Counted from the stretch's first letter, positions 23,241 to 36,789 are shown. The stretch: DNA of 64,000 bases from Octopus sinensis (GCF_006345805.1 NC_043018.1:20832001-20896000); one strand, 5' to 3'. Numbers and translations are program-made. Notes: generated by a model from the letters alone, not told the origin.

Positions 23241-23512
23241 GTAAAATTAATGGCTCTATATGGAAAGACTTCTTCCATATATAGTGATGTGATCTTTGTC
23301 ACCTTGCTTGTTTGTTTGTTTTGTTTTCTTCTTTCGTCATGACCAACACCTGAGAATGACTTTATGGATGAAGAGGTGGGAAAATGTGTTAATGGTTGGG
23401 AAGCAATGAGCTAGCATTAAAAAAAGCTACTTTAGAAACATTACTGCTGAAGGTTCGCAACATTAGCAGCAAATCCTTCGTTCTTTTATTATTATTAATA
23501 ATAATAGTATTG

Positions 23513-23547
<35 letters not shown>

Positions 23548-23681
23548 CTCTTCCTGTTCAGAGTTCAAATCCCACCTGGACCCACTTTGTTTTTAATCCT
23601 TAGGGAGTCGTTAATATGAAGTACCCAGTTCACCAAAAAAAAAAGCATCACTGGCCTTATCCCAAAATCTAAAACCATTAC

Positions 23682-23713
<32 letters not shown>

Positions 23714-24024
23714 AATTATTACATTTTGAGTTCAAATCTTGTCAAGGTTGATTGACTGCGCCTTTCGTCCTTTCTGAGTTTTATACAATTAAATAAATTA
23801 ACGGTCAATTACTGGACTCGATGAGACCGACCTAAATGTCTCCCTTCAAAAATAGCTGGCCTTATATGTCTAAATTAATTAAAAAAAACAGCCACTGTTA
23901 TCATTTTATTAAAAGTCCATTTTATTCTCATATCTGAACACATGCCGAGATTCTGGCTGTAACGAAACGACCACACATCAGAAGATTCCAGGTTCGCATC
24001 CTGGCAAACTCGTATCCATATATA

Positions 24025-24285
24025 TATATATATGTGTGTGTGTGTGTTTATGTTTTATGTTTTCCAGTTTCAGCTCTTGAGCTGTGGCCATGCTGGGGCA
24101 CCGCCATTTGTGTGTGTGTGTATATATATATGTGTGTGTGTGTATATATATGTGTGTGTGTGGATATATATATGTATATATATATATATATGTGTGTATG
24201 GATATATATATATATGTGTGTGTGTGTGTGTATATATATGTATATATGTGTGTGTGTGTATATATATATATATGTATATATATGC
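24025..24285. repeat. (TA)n/(TG)n microsatellite
   Basis: Directly visible. Confidence 0.9.
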
Positions 24286-25416
24286 ATTTGCTTAAATGGT
24301 GACACTGGAGATGTACTTTGATAAAATCAAATCTTTTTATTTATTTGAGAAAATATTTAATTTTGTTTTACTTCCAAATGTTTTTTTTTTTAATTTTTTT
24401 GTCCAATGTTTACATTCATCACTGTTGCTATTTATAAAAAAAAATACGCATTCGTTGATTTAGGCAAACTAAAACTTTATTCATTTTCCTAAATCTTTAT
24501 TTATTTATTAACAGATGATAATTTAATTTCTGCAAAAATAAAATTAAATTTAATATATTTCAATAATAAACATTAAAACGAAGTCGGCAAAGTCTTCGCC
24601 GTATATTTACGACATTTACCGATGAATAATTAATTTCCGTAAATGAGTGATTGAATGGCAGCATCAATCATCTGACAGTCAAGGGACATAAGTGAAGTCA
24701 AAGTGTGCTGCCTTACAAGGAATGGGTCATTCTCTCTGCTAGAAATAGCAGTAAGATCTAATTGAAGTCACATTTTATAGTCTTAAACAAGGAATGACAC
24801 ACTAGATATTGTAGCTGTAGATATGCTACGTCTTGAAATAAGACATGATTGTCACGGTTAGAACGGTGTAACACCGTTCTAACCGTGACAATGGCTAAAT
24901 AACTATAGTTGAGATTAAAGGCAAAGGACAACAGACTATTTTCAAAAATTCACCAAAATAACCAGCAATTCTGTTCAACCCCAGCTCAGGCCTCAGGGTC
25001 AAAAGTATTCGTGACTATCTTGTCTTTTTTTTTTTTTTTTTTTTTAAGGTTTGAGTGCAGGGTGATTTGGCTGCTGTTTCTAGAAGTTCAGGCGACCACA
25101 TGAGGCTCCATCGTTGGTTTTCGGCAACCGATGTAGAGCCAACAAGAATAGGTTTGGTGTTTAATTCCAGGGGAAAAAACTAAAACTATCAATAAATAGA
25201 TTTGTTGCATAAACCACCAGTGCGTCGAACAAAATTCTTGGCGACGTTTCTTCGAGCTTTTGGCATGTTCCAGATTCAAATTCCGTCCAGATCGACTTTG
25301 CATTTCTTCCTTTCGAGTTGAACATTGGGGTTCTGTATAATCGACCGAAACCATTATTCTATGCTAATTTAGTTACCCCTGGGTCACATTTGTGACTTCC
25401 GCTGAGTTCATTAATT

Positions 25417-25820
25417 ATCTATCTATCTATCTATCTATCCGCTCAGTCGAAGTCGACTCTCGGTCACTCGTTGGATTAGTGTCCTCCAGTCAGTTCTATC
25501 CTGGGCCGCTTCTTTCAGATTGGCTATGTCCATTCCGGTATCACTCTTGATGGTGTCAAGCCAGCGGGTTCTTGGTCGGCCTCTTCCTCTCTTGCCACTG
25601 ACCATTCCAAGCATGATGTCCTTCTCCGGGGATTTTCTCCGCATAATATGACCGAAATATGCCAATCTATGCTTGGTGATCCTAGCTTCTAGCGACATTT
25701 TCGGCCTGATCTGCTTAAGAACTTCTCCATTGGTGAGCCTCGCTGTCCATGGAATCCGTAAAAGTCCTCTCCAACACCAAAGCTCGAATGCATTAATTCT
25801 CTTCTGGTCAGCTTTCTTTA
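25417..25820 (-). mobile_element. RTE/BovB-like LINE 3' end with (GATA)n tail
   Basis: RINAFELWCWRGLLRIPW...RLAYFGHIMRR...GKRGRGRPRTRWLD...AQDR..WR, then a (GATA)n tail. Confidence 0.9.
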
Positions 25821-25855
25821 TATATATAACTAATTAATAGCAAATCTCTTCAATA

Positions 25856-26371
25856 TCTATATATATAAAACTGTAGTTGTGTGAGTGTCTGTCCCCTTCG
25901 ATTTAGATTCCTAACTCCTCGCACATTTTGCGGTGCAGTTTAACCAAATTCGGGTATCTTAATAGTCGTGATTCATATCGAGCCCGTCTGGCTATTAGCG
26001 CGCGTCTACGATGAGTCTACGATTTTAAAAATAATTTAACATCATTTTTTTATTCCATTTTAATGCATATTTTTTCGTGTGTCGATGGCGGCGGAGTTGG
26101 CGTCCACGCTCAAACACCTGCACCTGTGTTTGCTTCTCCCCCTTCCCTCCCTCGTGAAGCTGTGGGGAAGGGAGTGTAAGGAAATCAACGTCGTAAAGCG
26201 TTGTCAAGGAGACCAGCGTTCTTTTAGAACAACGACTTCATGGCTTGAAGACACCAAAACAGAAATGGCTAAGAAAGCCCGAATTAGCATCTATAAGGGA
26301 AGTAACTCTCTAAAAATGCTTATATAGTTATTTCCCTTACAAACCCGAGCAACGCCGGGTGATACTGCTAG
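25856..26371 (+). mobile_element. Non-autonomous Helitron
   Basis: A|TC 5' end, subterminal hairpin CCCGAGCAACGCCGGG, CTAG|T 3' end. Confidence 0.8.
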
Positions 26372-29300
26372 TTTGAATATAAATGTTTTTTAAAAACTAG
26401 GAGCTTCCAGTTAAATCATCGAAGTTGTTCCCCTTGGGTCAATTATCTCCTAAGTACCTAATTGTTTTTCATGTTAACCACAAAGCTTGTTTCTGGGTGT
26501 CTCTATTTTCTATCTTTTATCTGCTTCAGTCATTTCACTGCGGCCATGCTGGAGCGTCACCTTGACGGGATTTTAGTAAAACAAATCAATTTCGGAGCTT
26601 TTTTTTTTTTTGTAAATATCTAGTACTTATAATATCGGTCTCGTTACCGCTCTGATAAGTTACGGGGACGTAAACACACCAACACCAGTTGTCAAGCCGT
26701 TATGGGAGAGAGCACAAACACACACATATATATCTCGTGTTTGTGTGGTAAGAAGCTTGCTTCCCTGCCGCATCATGGTCCCAGGTTCAGTACCACTGCA
26801 TGGCACCTTGGGCAAGTGTCTGCATTTGCCCCCCCCACCACCACCACCACCGCTTGACAATCGGTGCTGGTGTGTTTACGTCCCCGTAACTTAGCGGTCC
26901 GGCAAAAGAGATCGATAGAAAAGTGCCAGGCTTATATAAAAAAAAAAGTACTGGGGTCGATACATTTTACAAAAGAACTCTTCAAATGCAGTGCCCCAGA
27001 ATGGCCGCAGCCTAATGACTGAAACAAGTAAAAGATAAAAGATATATAAATATGTATTAAGGCGGCGAGCTGGCAGAAACGTTAGCACGCCGGGCGAAAT
27101 GCGTAGCCGTATTTCGTCTGCCGTTACGTTCTGAGTTCAAATTCCACCGAGGTCGACTTTGCCTTTCATCCTTTTGGGGTCGATAAATTAAGTACCAGTT
27201 ACGCACTGGGGTCGATATAATCGACTTAATCCGTTTGTCTGTCCTTGTTTATCCCCTCTATGTTTAGCCCCTTGTGGGTAGTAAAGAAATGGATATATAA
27301 ATATGTATATACAACGGGCTTCTTTCAGTTTCCGTCTATCAAATTCACTCATACACGTTGGTTTGCATCAAAATTCAGCTTGTACTTACCATTGGAACAC
27401 AATGCCTGACTAGTAAGTAGCGCTAACATACACCTGTGCCGGTGGCACATAAAAAGCACCATCCGAACGTGGCCGATGCCTGCGTCGACTTGACTAGCTT
27501 CCATGCCGGTGGCACGTTAAAAGCACCAACCGATTGTTGCCGATGCCAGACTCCCCTGGCACCTGTGCAGGTGGCACGTAAAAAGCACCCACTGCACTCG
27601 CGGAGTGGTTGGCGTTAGGAAGGGCATCCAGCTGTAGAAACACTGCCAGATTAGACTGGAGCCTGGTGCAGCCCCTGGCTTCCCAGACCCCGGTCGAACT
27701 GTCCAACCCATGCTAGCGCGGAAAACGGACGTTAAACAATGATAATGGATGTCTCCATAAAGAGTAATTAGGTTTCTGACACAATTAAAGACTTCAAATT
27801 TGTGGAAAGGAATTTAATTAATTAAACCAACTGCAGTACTTGACTGATTCCCTATTATGTTCATGAGTGATATAACTGCCTTTTTGAGACAAACTACCAT
27901 TGAGAGTGGGTTACAGAGACCCATCAGCAGGGAATGCAATGGTAAGGTCCAATATGAAACTTCTGTGATGAGAAGTGGATGAAGTTGGTAGCTTAAGCAA
28001 GAATTTCTTGTACCAGATACCATGAGATATTTAGTTTGCTGATGTCCCTTGACATTGGTTAAATTTGTTGGATTTACACATGTTATCTTGTCGCTTTTAA
28101 ATGCCCAATTTCCCATGTTTGGATGGGTCAAACAGAACTTGCTGAGGCTGAGATTTTGTATGGCACCCACTACACTCTCGGAGTGATTGGCATTAGGAAG
28201 GGCATTCAGCTGTAGAAACTCTACCAGATCAGATTGGAACCTGGTGCGGCCACCTTGTTCGTCAGTCCTCAGTCAAATCATCCAACCCATGCTAGCATGG
28301 AAAACAGACATTAAACGAGGATGATGATGTGTGTGTGTGTGTATGTAATCAGGCCTCTTTCAGTTTCTATCAAGCAAATCCACTCACAAGGCTTTAGTTG
28401 ACCAGGGGCTATAGGAGCAAACTCTTGCTCCAGACATCTTCTCGACCACTCAGCCACACCTGTGCCTATAATTTGTTTATATTTTCAACAAGTCTAGTGG
28501 GTGTGGCAAGGGTGGAACTTCACATATCTGAATGTTATTTAATTCTTGAAGCTATTTACTTCTTTACTTTGCCAAAAATAATTGGCATTATGACTTCAAT
28601 TTTATTATTTTGTTGCCAGCTGATGTTTTAAACATAGAGAAAGAATTAATGTCTAAACACAAAATATATATATATCCACAATAATTAAGAGCTCATTTAA
28701 ACTTCAACATGTTATTGCATTGCAGTAAATTGAAGTGTGTGTGTATGTGTGTATATATATACATATATATTTATATATACACATACAAACATACACACAC
28801 ATATCCCTGTAAAAAGCAAGGATTTGTAAACATCAAAAAATATATCCACAGTTATTAAAAGCTCAATTAATGACAAGTTATTAAACTCCAATATCTTCTT
28901 ACATCCTCATTTGCATCATCATTTGACATCTATCATCCATGCTGGCGTCAGCCGGACAGTTTGACAGGATCTGACAGCCTCAAAGACTGTCCCGTGCTCC
29001 AGTATTTGTTTTGGCATGATTTCTGTGTTTCAATGCCATTCATTATGCTAACCACCTTACAGCTGACACTGGGTGCATTTTTTTGTGGCACTAGCACTAA
29101 TGAGGTTACCATCCATACAACACCTGCAAGACTTAGATCCCTTTCAACAACAAATCCAGGTGAAACCAACTTTCATTTATAAATAGAATCAGCAGAAGCA
29201 ATCTTTTACAGTAACATATTCAGCTGTAAAAACCATGGCAGACAGTGGAATTTGGTGCAGTTCTCTGGCTTGCCAGCTTCTGTCAAACCATCCAACATTT

Positions 29301-30693
29301 AATGATGATGGTATTGAGGATAATAAGTCAGAAAAGCATAAATCTCACATTTAGTTTGTAATTTGTGTCTCGCAGCTGTTTCGGGGGTGGGTTTTTTTTC
29401 TCCCTGTCTTGTAAGATTTTTGGCAACCTTACTTGGCAAGTACCATGGCATGAAAAAAATATATGATCATGAGGTCATGATCTCAATTCCAGAACAAAGC
29501 AGCACACTGGGTCCAAGAGCAAGACATTTTTGCTTTATGCTGCCTCAGTCCACTCAGCTGTAAAGAAGCAAACAACTGGGTGATGCTACAGCCCTGCCCC
29601 ATCCCCCCCCCACACACATGATGGGCTTCTGTCTACCAAATTCACTCAGTGTATTGTATGAAGTGGTTGGCATTAAGTTTGGAAGAGCATCCGTCTGAAG
29701 AAACGGTGCCAGAGCTGATGCTGAAGCTCGGTGTGGCCCTGGTGCTTGCTGGACCCTTTGAAACTGTCCAACCCATACCAGCATGAAAAACAGACATTAA
29801 ATGTTGATGATACTGAAATTAACTTAACCCTTTAGCATTCTGATTACTCTGTCAAATGTAAAGCCTCTTTAATCACATTCATCATCATCATCATCATCAT
29901 TTAGCGTCCGCTTTCCATGCTAGCATGGGTTGGACGGGTCAACTGGGGTCTGTGAAGCTGGAAGGCTTCGTCAAGCCCAGTCAGATCTGGCAGTGTTTCT
30001 ACGGCTGGATGCCCTTCCTAACGCCAACCACTCCGCGAGTGTAGTGGGTGTTTTTTACGTGCCACCTGCACAGGTGCCAAACGGAGCTGGCAAACGGCCA
30101 CGAACGGATGGTGCTTTTTACGTGTTTTTACATTGTTTTAAATTAATTGTACAGCATCTTGTAACTCTGGGATTTTGATGATATCCCTGTTTATTTTTAG
30201 AATGACTTTGTAGGGTAGGTGTAAGAGGTCAGAGCTGGCTGGTTTGAGAATAAAACAGGAAAACAATTTTGGCCTGGTATGGCCGGTTTAAACACTAAAG
30301 GGTTAAAAACCATGTTTACCAAATCCTCAAGAGTATCACAGCAGGCACATAAAAAGCACCATCCGTTCGTGTCCGTTGCCAGCCTCGCCTTGCCCCCGTG
30401 CCGGTGGCACATAAAAAGCACCATCCATTCGTGGCCGTTTGCCAGCTCTGTCTGGCACCTGTGCGGGTGGCACATAAAAAGCACCCACTACACTCACGGA
30501 GTGGTTGGCGTTAGGAAGGGCATCCAGCCGTAGAAACACTGCCAGATTTGACTGGGCCTGATGAAGCCTTCTGGCTTCACAGACCCCAGTAGAACCGTCC
30601 AACCCATGCTAGCATGGAAAACGGACGCTAAACGATGATGATGATAATGAACCGTTTCAATATTTGATGGTAATTTTTTTTTTTTTCTTTCAG

Positions 30694-30802
30694 AGAAGTC
30701 CGACGTTACATTTAAGGTTAAAAAAGGTAAGGAATAACAAGAAGGTAAAATGGACGAATGATACGGTTGACAATGAGGGCCTGAACCGAAAGAAATCGAA
30801 AT
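30694..30802 (+). CDS. PPP1R11: PPP1R11 coding exon 2 (RSPTLHLRLKKVRNNKKVKWTNDTVDNEGLNRKKSK)
   Basis: Poly-T tract plus cag acceptor, T|gtaagt donor. KKVKW PP1-docking motif followed by the DTVDNE signature of inhibitor-3/Ypi1. Confidence 0.95.
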
Positions 30803-32069
30803 GTAAGTGAGACCTTCTCTAGAAAACCTAATAGAACCTTTTGATGCCAATGTAATCGAAACAACTTCTGGTTCTTATTTTAGGATGAGAACTTTCTTTT
30901 TTTTTAAATTATCTAAATTGAAACCTTTCATCGGTATTTCATCTTAATTTATTTTCAGAACACCAGGCTTCTAATGACAAAAGTTATTTCACTAAATTCT
31001 TCCATTATTTTCAAAAGGATTAAACAAGAAGTTAATAACCTAACTTCTTTGCTCATTTGAGTGAATTTGGTAGACAGAGGCCCATCATGTGTGTGTGTGT
31101 GTGTATAAGCACATATATATACATATGTATGTGTGTATATATCATCATCGTTGTTTAAAGGCTGCACCAGGCTCCAATCTGATCTGGCAATATTTCTACA
31201 GTTGGATGCCCTTCCTAATGCCAACCACTCCAAGAGTGTAGTGGGTGCTTTTTACATGCCACCTGCACAGGACCAGTCAGCCAGCACTCGCATCAACAAC
31301 ACTCGAATGGTGCTTTTAACATGCCACCAGTACAGGTGCCAATCAGACAGTACTGTCATCAGCCATGACATTGACTTCACTTGACTCAACAGGTCTTCGC
31401 AAGCACAGTTCATTGCCCAATGATTGAATGGTACTCTTAAATGGGCCAGTCATGCTGCACTGACATAGGCCACGGTTACAATCTCACTTGGCTTGCCGGG
31501 TCTTCTTAAGCACAGCATATCTCCAAAGATCTCAGTCACTTGTCATCACATCTGTGAGGCCCAACGTTCGATGGTCATGCTTCACCATGTATGTAGGTAT
31601 GTAGAACTCTTAGGACTGCCTGCCCGGTTTCCATTACATATAAAGTGACCGAGATGCCAGCATTCACTCTGAACAGTCCCTCACAGGCTTGCTCGTTTAC
31701 TGATGAGTAGATGGGACCAACATGAAACTAAGTGTTTTGCTTAAGAACACAATACACCACCCAGTCTGGGAATCAATCCCTTAATCTTGCAATCATGAGC
31801 GCAACGGCCTTACCACTCAACCATGTGCCTCCAACAGTTGTTTTATGCCATCGTTTAATTCATTGATTCTAAATTCAAATTCCGTTAACCGGTACAACAA
31901 CCCCTCTTATATTGCCAGTATGAATGATATACGAGGGGGTCGTACCAGGTATGACATGAATACATTCCTTCCAGAAATCCAGACATTTTACCTGAAAGAA
32001 ATCTAACTTTCAGAAAGTATTTCTTTAAAGATTTCTAATAGCAATTTTCGTTTTCCAATTTCTTGTTAG

Positions 32070-32204
32070 GCTGTTGTATATATGAAAAGCCTCGTAACTT
32101 TGGAGAATCTTCATCTGAAGAAGACAATGATGAATGCGACAGTTGTCATGGCCACAAGAGTCACTGCTACAAAACAAAAGATCCCACTGAATCTGAAATA
32201 GAAG
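32070..32204 (+). CDS. PPP1R11: PPP1R11 coding exon 3 ([45 protein letters not shown])
   Basis: ttag acceptor and G|gtaact donor; phase 1 joins exon 2 to give [16 protein letters not shown], the conserved inhibitor-3 motif. Confidence 0.95.
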
Positions 32205-32838
32205 GTAACTATGTCATCATCATCATCATCATCGTTTAATGTCTGCTTTCCATGTTGGCATGGGTTGGACAGTTTGACTAAGGACTGGCGAGCCAGATGG
32301 CTGCACCAGGCTCCAATGTGATCTGACAGAGTTTCTACGGCTGGATGCCCTTCCTAACGCCAACCACGCCAAGAGAGTAGTGGGTGCTTTTACGTGCCAC
32401 TGATACAGTAGCCAGTCAGGCGGTACTGGCAACGGCCACGCTCCAATGGTGGTTCTTTACATGCCACCCTGCACAGGAGCCAGTCCAGCCGCACTGGCAA
32501 CGACCTCGCTCGAATGTTTTTTTCATGTGCCAGTGAGGCGACACTGGTAACGATCATGCTTGAATGGTGCTTTTTACGTGCCACCGGCATGGAAGCTAGT
32601 TAGCTGCTCTAGCAAGGATGGTGCTCTTAGCGCTCCACTAGCATGGATGCCAGTCTTCAAATTTGATTTCGATTTCACTTCTTGGCTCAACAGATCTTCG
32701 AGAGAAGTGGGGGTTTTTTGGGGGGTTTTTTTACCCCCATTATTCTAAGTCAGTGGTTCGCAATTTTTTTCTCTGAATTGCATTTTCAAAATGGAAATTT
32801 GCTTGCAAATCACCACAGGTCCAGAGAGAGAGGGTTAA

Positions 32839-33059
32839 CCCTTTAGCATTTAAACCGGCCATATCCGGCCAAAAGTATTCTGCATGTTTTATGTTCAAAC
32901 TGGCCAGATCTGGTCTCTCACACCAACCCTACAATATCGTTTTAAAAATTAACAGCTACCTCATCAAAATCTCATAGCTACAAGATAATGCGTGATTAGT
33001 TCAAAACAATGTGGATAAAAAGGCATTGATTTTGGCAGAAGAATGCGAACACTAAAGGG
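32839..33059. mobile_element. piggyBac-type MITE
   Basis: TTAA-CCCTTTAG...CTAAAGGG-TTAA; fragments at about 29825, 30180, 36250, 36790 and 51360. Confidence 0.8.
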
Positions 33060-33553
33060 TTAAAGGGTGATAACCGTGGATTCGAAGTCAGAATATTATC
33101 GTTGATAACACTCTCCTCCAATTTGCAGGCCCAAGTTACTATATATATATTCTTAACACATAAAGCGCAACGGGCCAAGATTGTGGTCGACAGGCCACAA
33201 TTGTGGTCCAGATAGGTGCAATTAATTTATGGGCGTTTGTAGGGTCCAATGTCACACAAATGCTCCAATATCCCCCAGAATCCAAGAGGACTAATAGTTC
33301 AACTAATGACTTTTCAGATGATGTAAAACTTTCCACCATTATATACTAAGAAGATATTTTAACTATTTTGGGTGGGGTTTTTATGTGTGCCTGGTAGTCT
33401 CATTTTCATAAAATGTGATCAGCAGCCCATGCTGTTTAAGTGCAAATCCCAAAACTTTATGGGTTGATACTTGGTATAATGCAAAAATATCACAATGATA
33501 AAAATCAGTCAATAATTATTTATAATTATTTATATTGGGACTCCTGCATGTTA

Positions 33554-33895
33554 AAGGCGCATGGCTCAGTGGTTAGAGCGTCGAGCTTACGATCGTGAGG
33601 TTGTGAGCTCGAATCCCGGACCGGGCTGCGTGTTGTGTTCTTGAGCAAGACACTTTATTTCACGTTGCTTCAGTTAACTCAGCTGTAGAAATGAGTTGCG
33701 ACGTCACGAGTGCCAAGCTGTATCGACCTTTGTCTTTCCCTTGGATAACACTGGTGGCGTGGAGAGGGGAGGCTGGTATGCATGGGCGACTGCTGGCCTT
33801 CCATAAACAACCTTGCCTGGACTTGTGTCTAGGAGGGTAACTTTCTAGGTGCAATCCCATGGTCATTCATGACCGAAGGAGGTCTTTACCCTTAC
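33554..33895 (+). mobile_element. tRNA-derived SINE with CORE-like central domain (family E)
   Basis: TGGCTCAGTGG A box, GCTCGAATCCC B box, GTGTTCTTGAGCAAGACACTT segment; decayed relatives at about 14200 and 31680. Confidence 0.7.
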
Positions 33896-35130
33896 CTGCA
33901 TGCAATTACAAGTAATCGATAATAATATTTAAAATTTTGAAATCATATTTACTTTTGGTGTTTGGATATTTTGAAACTGTTTCTAAATCTTTGATTGTCT
34001 TTGAGTCATTCCGCCTCACCCGGTTTCCTCTTCTGCCGCACCATTTGGAAACCCCCGTTCTAAGGGTTCAGGAGGAGAAGAGATTGGAAAGTAGAATCCC
34101 TGATCAGACATTTTACTATATCCAGTAAATGTTCTCGCAGAGCATTGGAAATGAACGACACAGCTTGTATGGCAGCAGCGACAGTGGAGGCCCAATGGTT
34201 AGGGCAGCAGACACGCGGTCGGAGGATCGTGGTTTCAATTCGCAGACCGGGCGTTGTGTGTTTCATCATCATCATCATCATCATCATCGTTTAGCGTCCG
34301 CTTTCCATGCTAGCATGGGTTGGACGGTTCAACTGGGGTCTGGGAAGCCAGAAGGCTGCACCAGGCCCAGTCTGATCTGGCAATGTTTCTACGGCTGGAT
34401 ACCCTTCCTAACGCCAACCACTCCATGAGTGTAGTGGGTGCTTTTTATGTGCCACTGGCACAGGTGCCAGACGAGTCTGGCAAACGGTCACGAACGGATG
34501 GTGCTTTTTACGTGTTTATTGAGCAAAAACACCTAAAGCTCCACGAGGCTCTGGCAGGGGGTGGTGGCGACCCCCTGTTGTACTCTTTCACCCCAACTTT
34601 CTCTCGCTCTTTCTTCCTGTTTCTTGTCCCCTACTTCCTACGCAACCGCTGAGCCTGGATGCGCATTCATCCATCCATCGATGCTCTCGGTGTCAGGAGT
34701 TGACCTGCTTTCTCTTCTGCGGGTCTTACGAATAGCAAAGGACCACGTTTCGGACTTTTCCCATCTTTGCAAGCTCTGGGACGAAGACCGTTCGCTCAAC
34801 AGCAACAGCAGCAGCGACAATCATTTTACAACTAGCATACAATGTCAAAACAAGAACACACACCCACACACCCACAAAGGGCTTCTTTCAGTTTCTGCCT
34901 ATATAATCCACTCACAAACCTTTGATCAGCCTGGGGTTATAGTCAAAGACCATTCCCAAGATGCCAAACAGTGAGACTGAACCCGGAACAATGTAGTTGG
35001 GAAACATGCCTACCCTCAGGGATTTCCAAATTTCTTCAGTTGAGAAATGGTCATTCACTTACCAATGGTTTTTTTTTTTTTGTTTTTTGGGGGCTTTTTT
35101 TTTGTCATGAATTAAATACAAAAAAATTAA

Positions 35131-35517
35131 GGGCTGTGTGGTAAGTAGCTTGTTTACAACCACATGGTTCCGGGTTCAGTCCCGCTGCGTGGCACCTTGG
35201 GCATGTGTCTTCAACTATAGCCTTGGGCCGACCAAAGCCTTGTGAGTGGATTTGGTAGACGGAAACTGAAAGAAGCCCGTCGTATATATGTATATATATA
35301 TATGCGTGAGTGTGTTTGTGTGTGTGTCCCTAGCATTGTTTGACAACCGATGCTGGTGTGTTTATGTCCCCGTTACTTAGCGGTTCGGCAAAAAGAGACC
35401 AATAGAATAAGGACTTGGCTTACAAAAGAATAAGTCCCGGGGTCGAGTTGCTTGACTAAAAGGCGGTGCTCCAGCATGGCCGCAGTCAAATGACTGAAAC
35501 AAGTAAAAGAGTAAAGA
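35131..35517 (+). mobile_element. Family A SINE
   Basis: Near full-length match to the other copies. Confidence 0.85.
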
Positions 35518-35738
35518 GGTTTCTTTTTTTCTGTTTTTTTATTGGTTTTGTTATTTTCTATTTTATGCAATTATATTTTTAATTTTCCGTTATCGTCTCG
35601 TACAAATTCTTTTTATGTAATCGTCTTTGAAATTGTATCGCGAGTTTGTAACTCGTTAAATTTAATCTAATTATTTTTATTTATTTATTTATTTATTTAT
35701 TCATTTTTTTTTTTTTTTGTCGTGACTTCGATTTCTAG

Positions 35739-35851
35739 GATCCAAGTCTCCCCCAGGAAAAAATTGTTCACACAAGGATAATCGCAATAAAGATGGCAAG
35801 GATAATAATGATAACAATAACTATGAAGCTGGAGGAAAGTCTCTGACATAG
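35739..35851 (+). CDS. PPP1R11: Probable PPP1R11 terminal coding exon (GSKSPPGKNCSHKDNRNKDGKDNNDNNNYEAGGKSLT*)
   Basis: Long T tract then ctag acceptor, phase 1 compatible, open to TAG, followed by U-rich UTR-like sequence. This tail is poorly conserved, so the assignment rests on splice signals only. Confidence 0.65.
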
Positions 35852-36583
35852 GAAAATTATTTTTATCATCCTTTTTTTGGGTTTTAATCCTACATGCAAG
35901 AGGAGAGTACTCAAAAACTACTCTCTCTTTCTCGCTCTCGCTCTGTCTCTCTCTCTCTCTTTCTCTTCATATTCTCTTAAACAATTATCTTTTTTCCTAT
36001 TTTGGTTAACTTAAAGAACCAAAATATTGCTATGAAAAAAAACAACAACAAAAAAAAACAAAAAATGTCTGAATCCTTTTTGTAAATTACGTCTGTAGTT
36101 TTTTTTTTTTTTTTTTTTTGACTTGTGATTGCAATGTTGCCATTAAATTAATTTTCATGCATTTCTGGTCAAAAGTATTTGGAGTTTGTTTTTTCCTTCT
36201 CTCCGTTCCGTTCCAGCCCCTTTTTTTTCCCCGAAAGCCATCAGTTCAGTTTAACCTTTTAGCATTCACATTTATTCTGTCAAGCGTAACGCTTATTTAT
36301 AACCGATTTAAGATACATTATTATGTTTATGTTTAGAATGACATTGTAGGGTAGGTGTGAGAAGCCAGATCTGGCCAGGTTGAATGTTTGGGCCAGATGT
36401 AGCCGGATTAGATGTTCAAGGGTTAATCCTTTAGCATTCAGATTATTCTGTCAAATGTAATGTGGCGTATATATATATATATTCATATTTATCATCATCA
36501 TCACTTAACGTCCGCTTTCCATGCTGGCATGGGTTAGACAACTTGACTGGAGCTGGTAAGGCCAGAAACTGCACCAGATTCTA

Positions 36584-36789
36584 CGGGGTGTCCACAAATT
36601 CTGGGTACAAGGGGATTAACACATGCTTTAAGAAATTATTTCTTATATTTAATTCTTTATGTTATGACTTTATTTACTCCATGTACCCACATGGGGATTA
36701 ACACATACTTTAAGAAATTATTTCTTATATTTAATTATTTATGTTATGACTTTATTTACTCCATGTACCCAGACTTTGTGGACACCCTG
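36584..36789. mobile_element. Tc1/mariner-type MITE with internal tandem duplication of about 75 bp
   Basis: TIRs C(G/A)GGGTGTCCACAAA.TCTGGGTACA, TA flanks. Confidence 0.8.

Larger units (their letters stand above)
29880..32700. mobile_element. Family C repeats (GGTTGGCGTTAGGAAGGGCATCC...GGACGTTAAACGATGATGAT tail) around PPP1R11 exons 2-3
   Basis: Copies at 29880-30128 (-), 30330-30645 (+), 31140-31620 (-), 32215-32700 (-); more at 27430, 28170, 34262, 37040, 45835, 46680, 53780 and 54610. The (GAT)n tail suggests an RTE-mobilised SINE or LINE 3' end (inference). Confidence 0.8.

Noticed and set aside
22274-23302. 342-aa ORF, the longest in the track, and CRISPR-like appearance of the array
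   Set aside because: Product of the 36-40-bp minisatellite; the between-repeat sequence is near-identical TA-rich filler, not unique spacers, and the context is a eukaryotic intron.
27814-28170. 118-aa antisense ORF in PPP1R11 intron 1
   Set aside because: GTG start supplied by an adjacent SINE; no recognisable motif or splice signals; probably chance or decayed TE.
30553-30580. CTGATGA followed by a hairpin
   Set aside because: No GAAA half; internal hairpin of a family C SINE.
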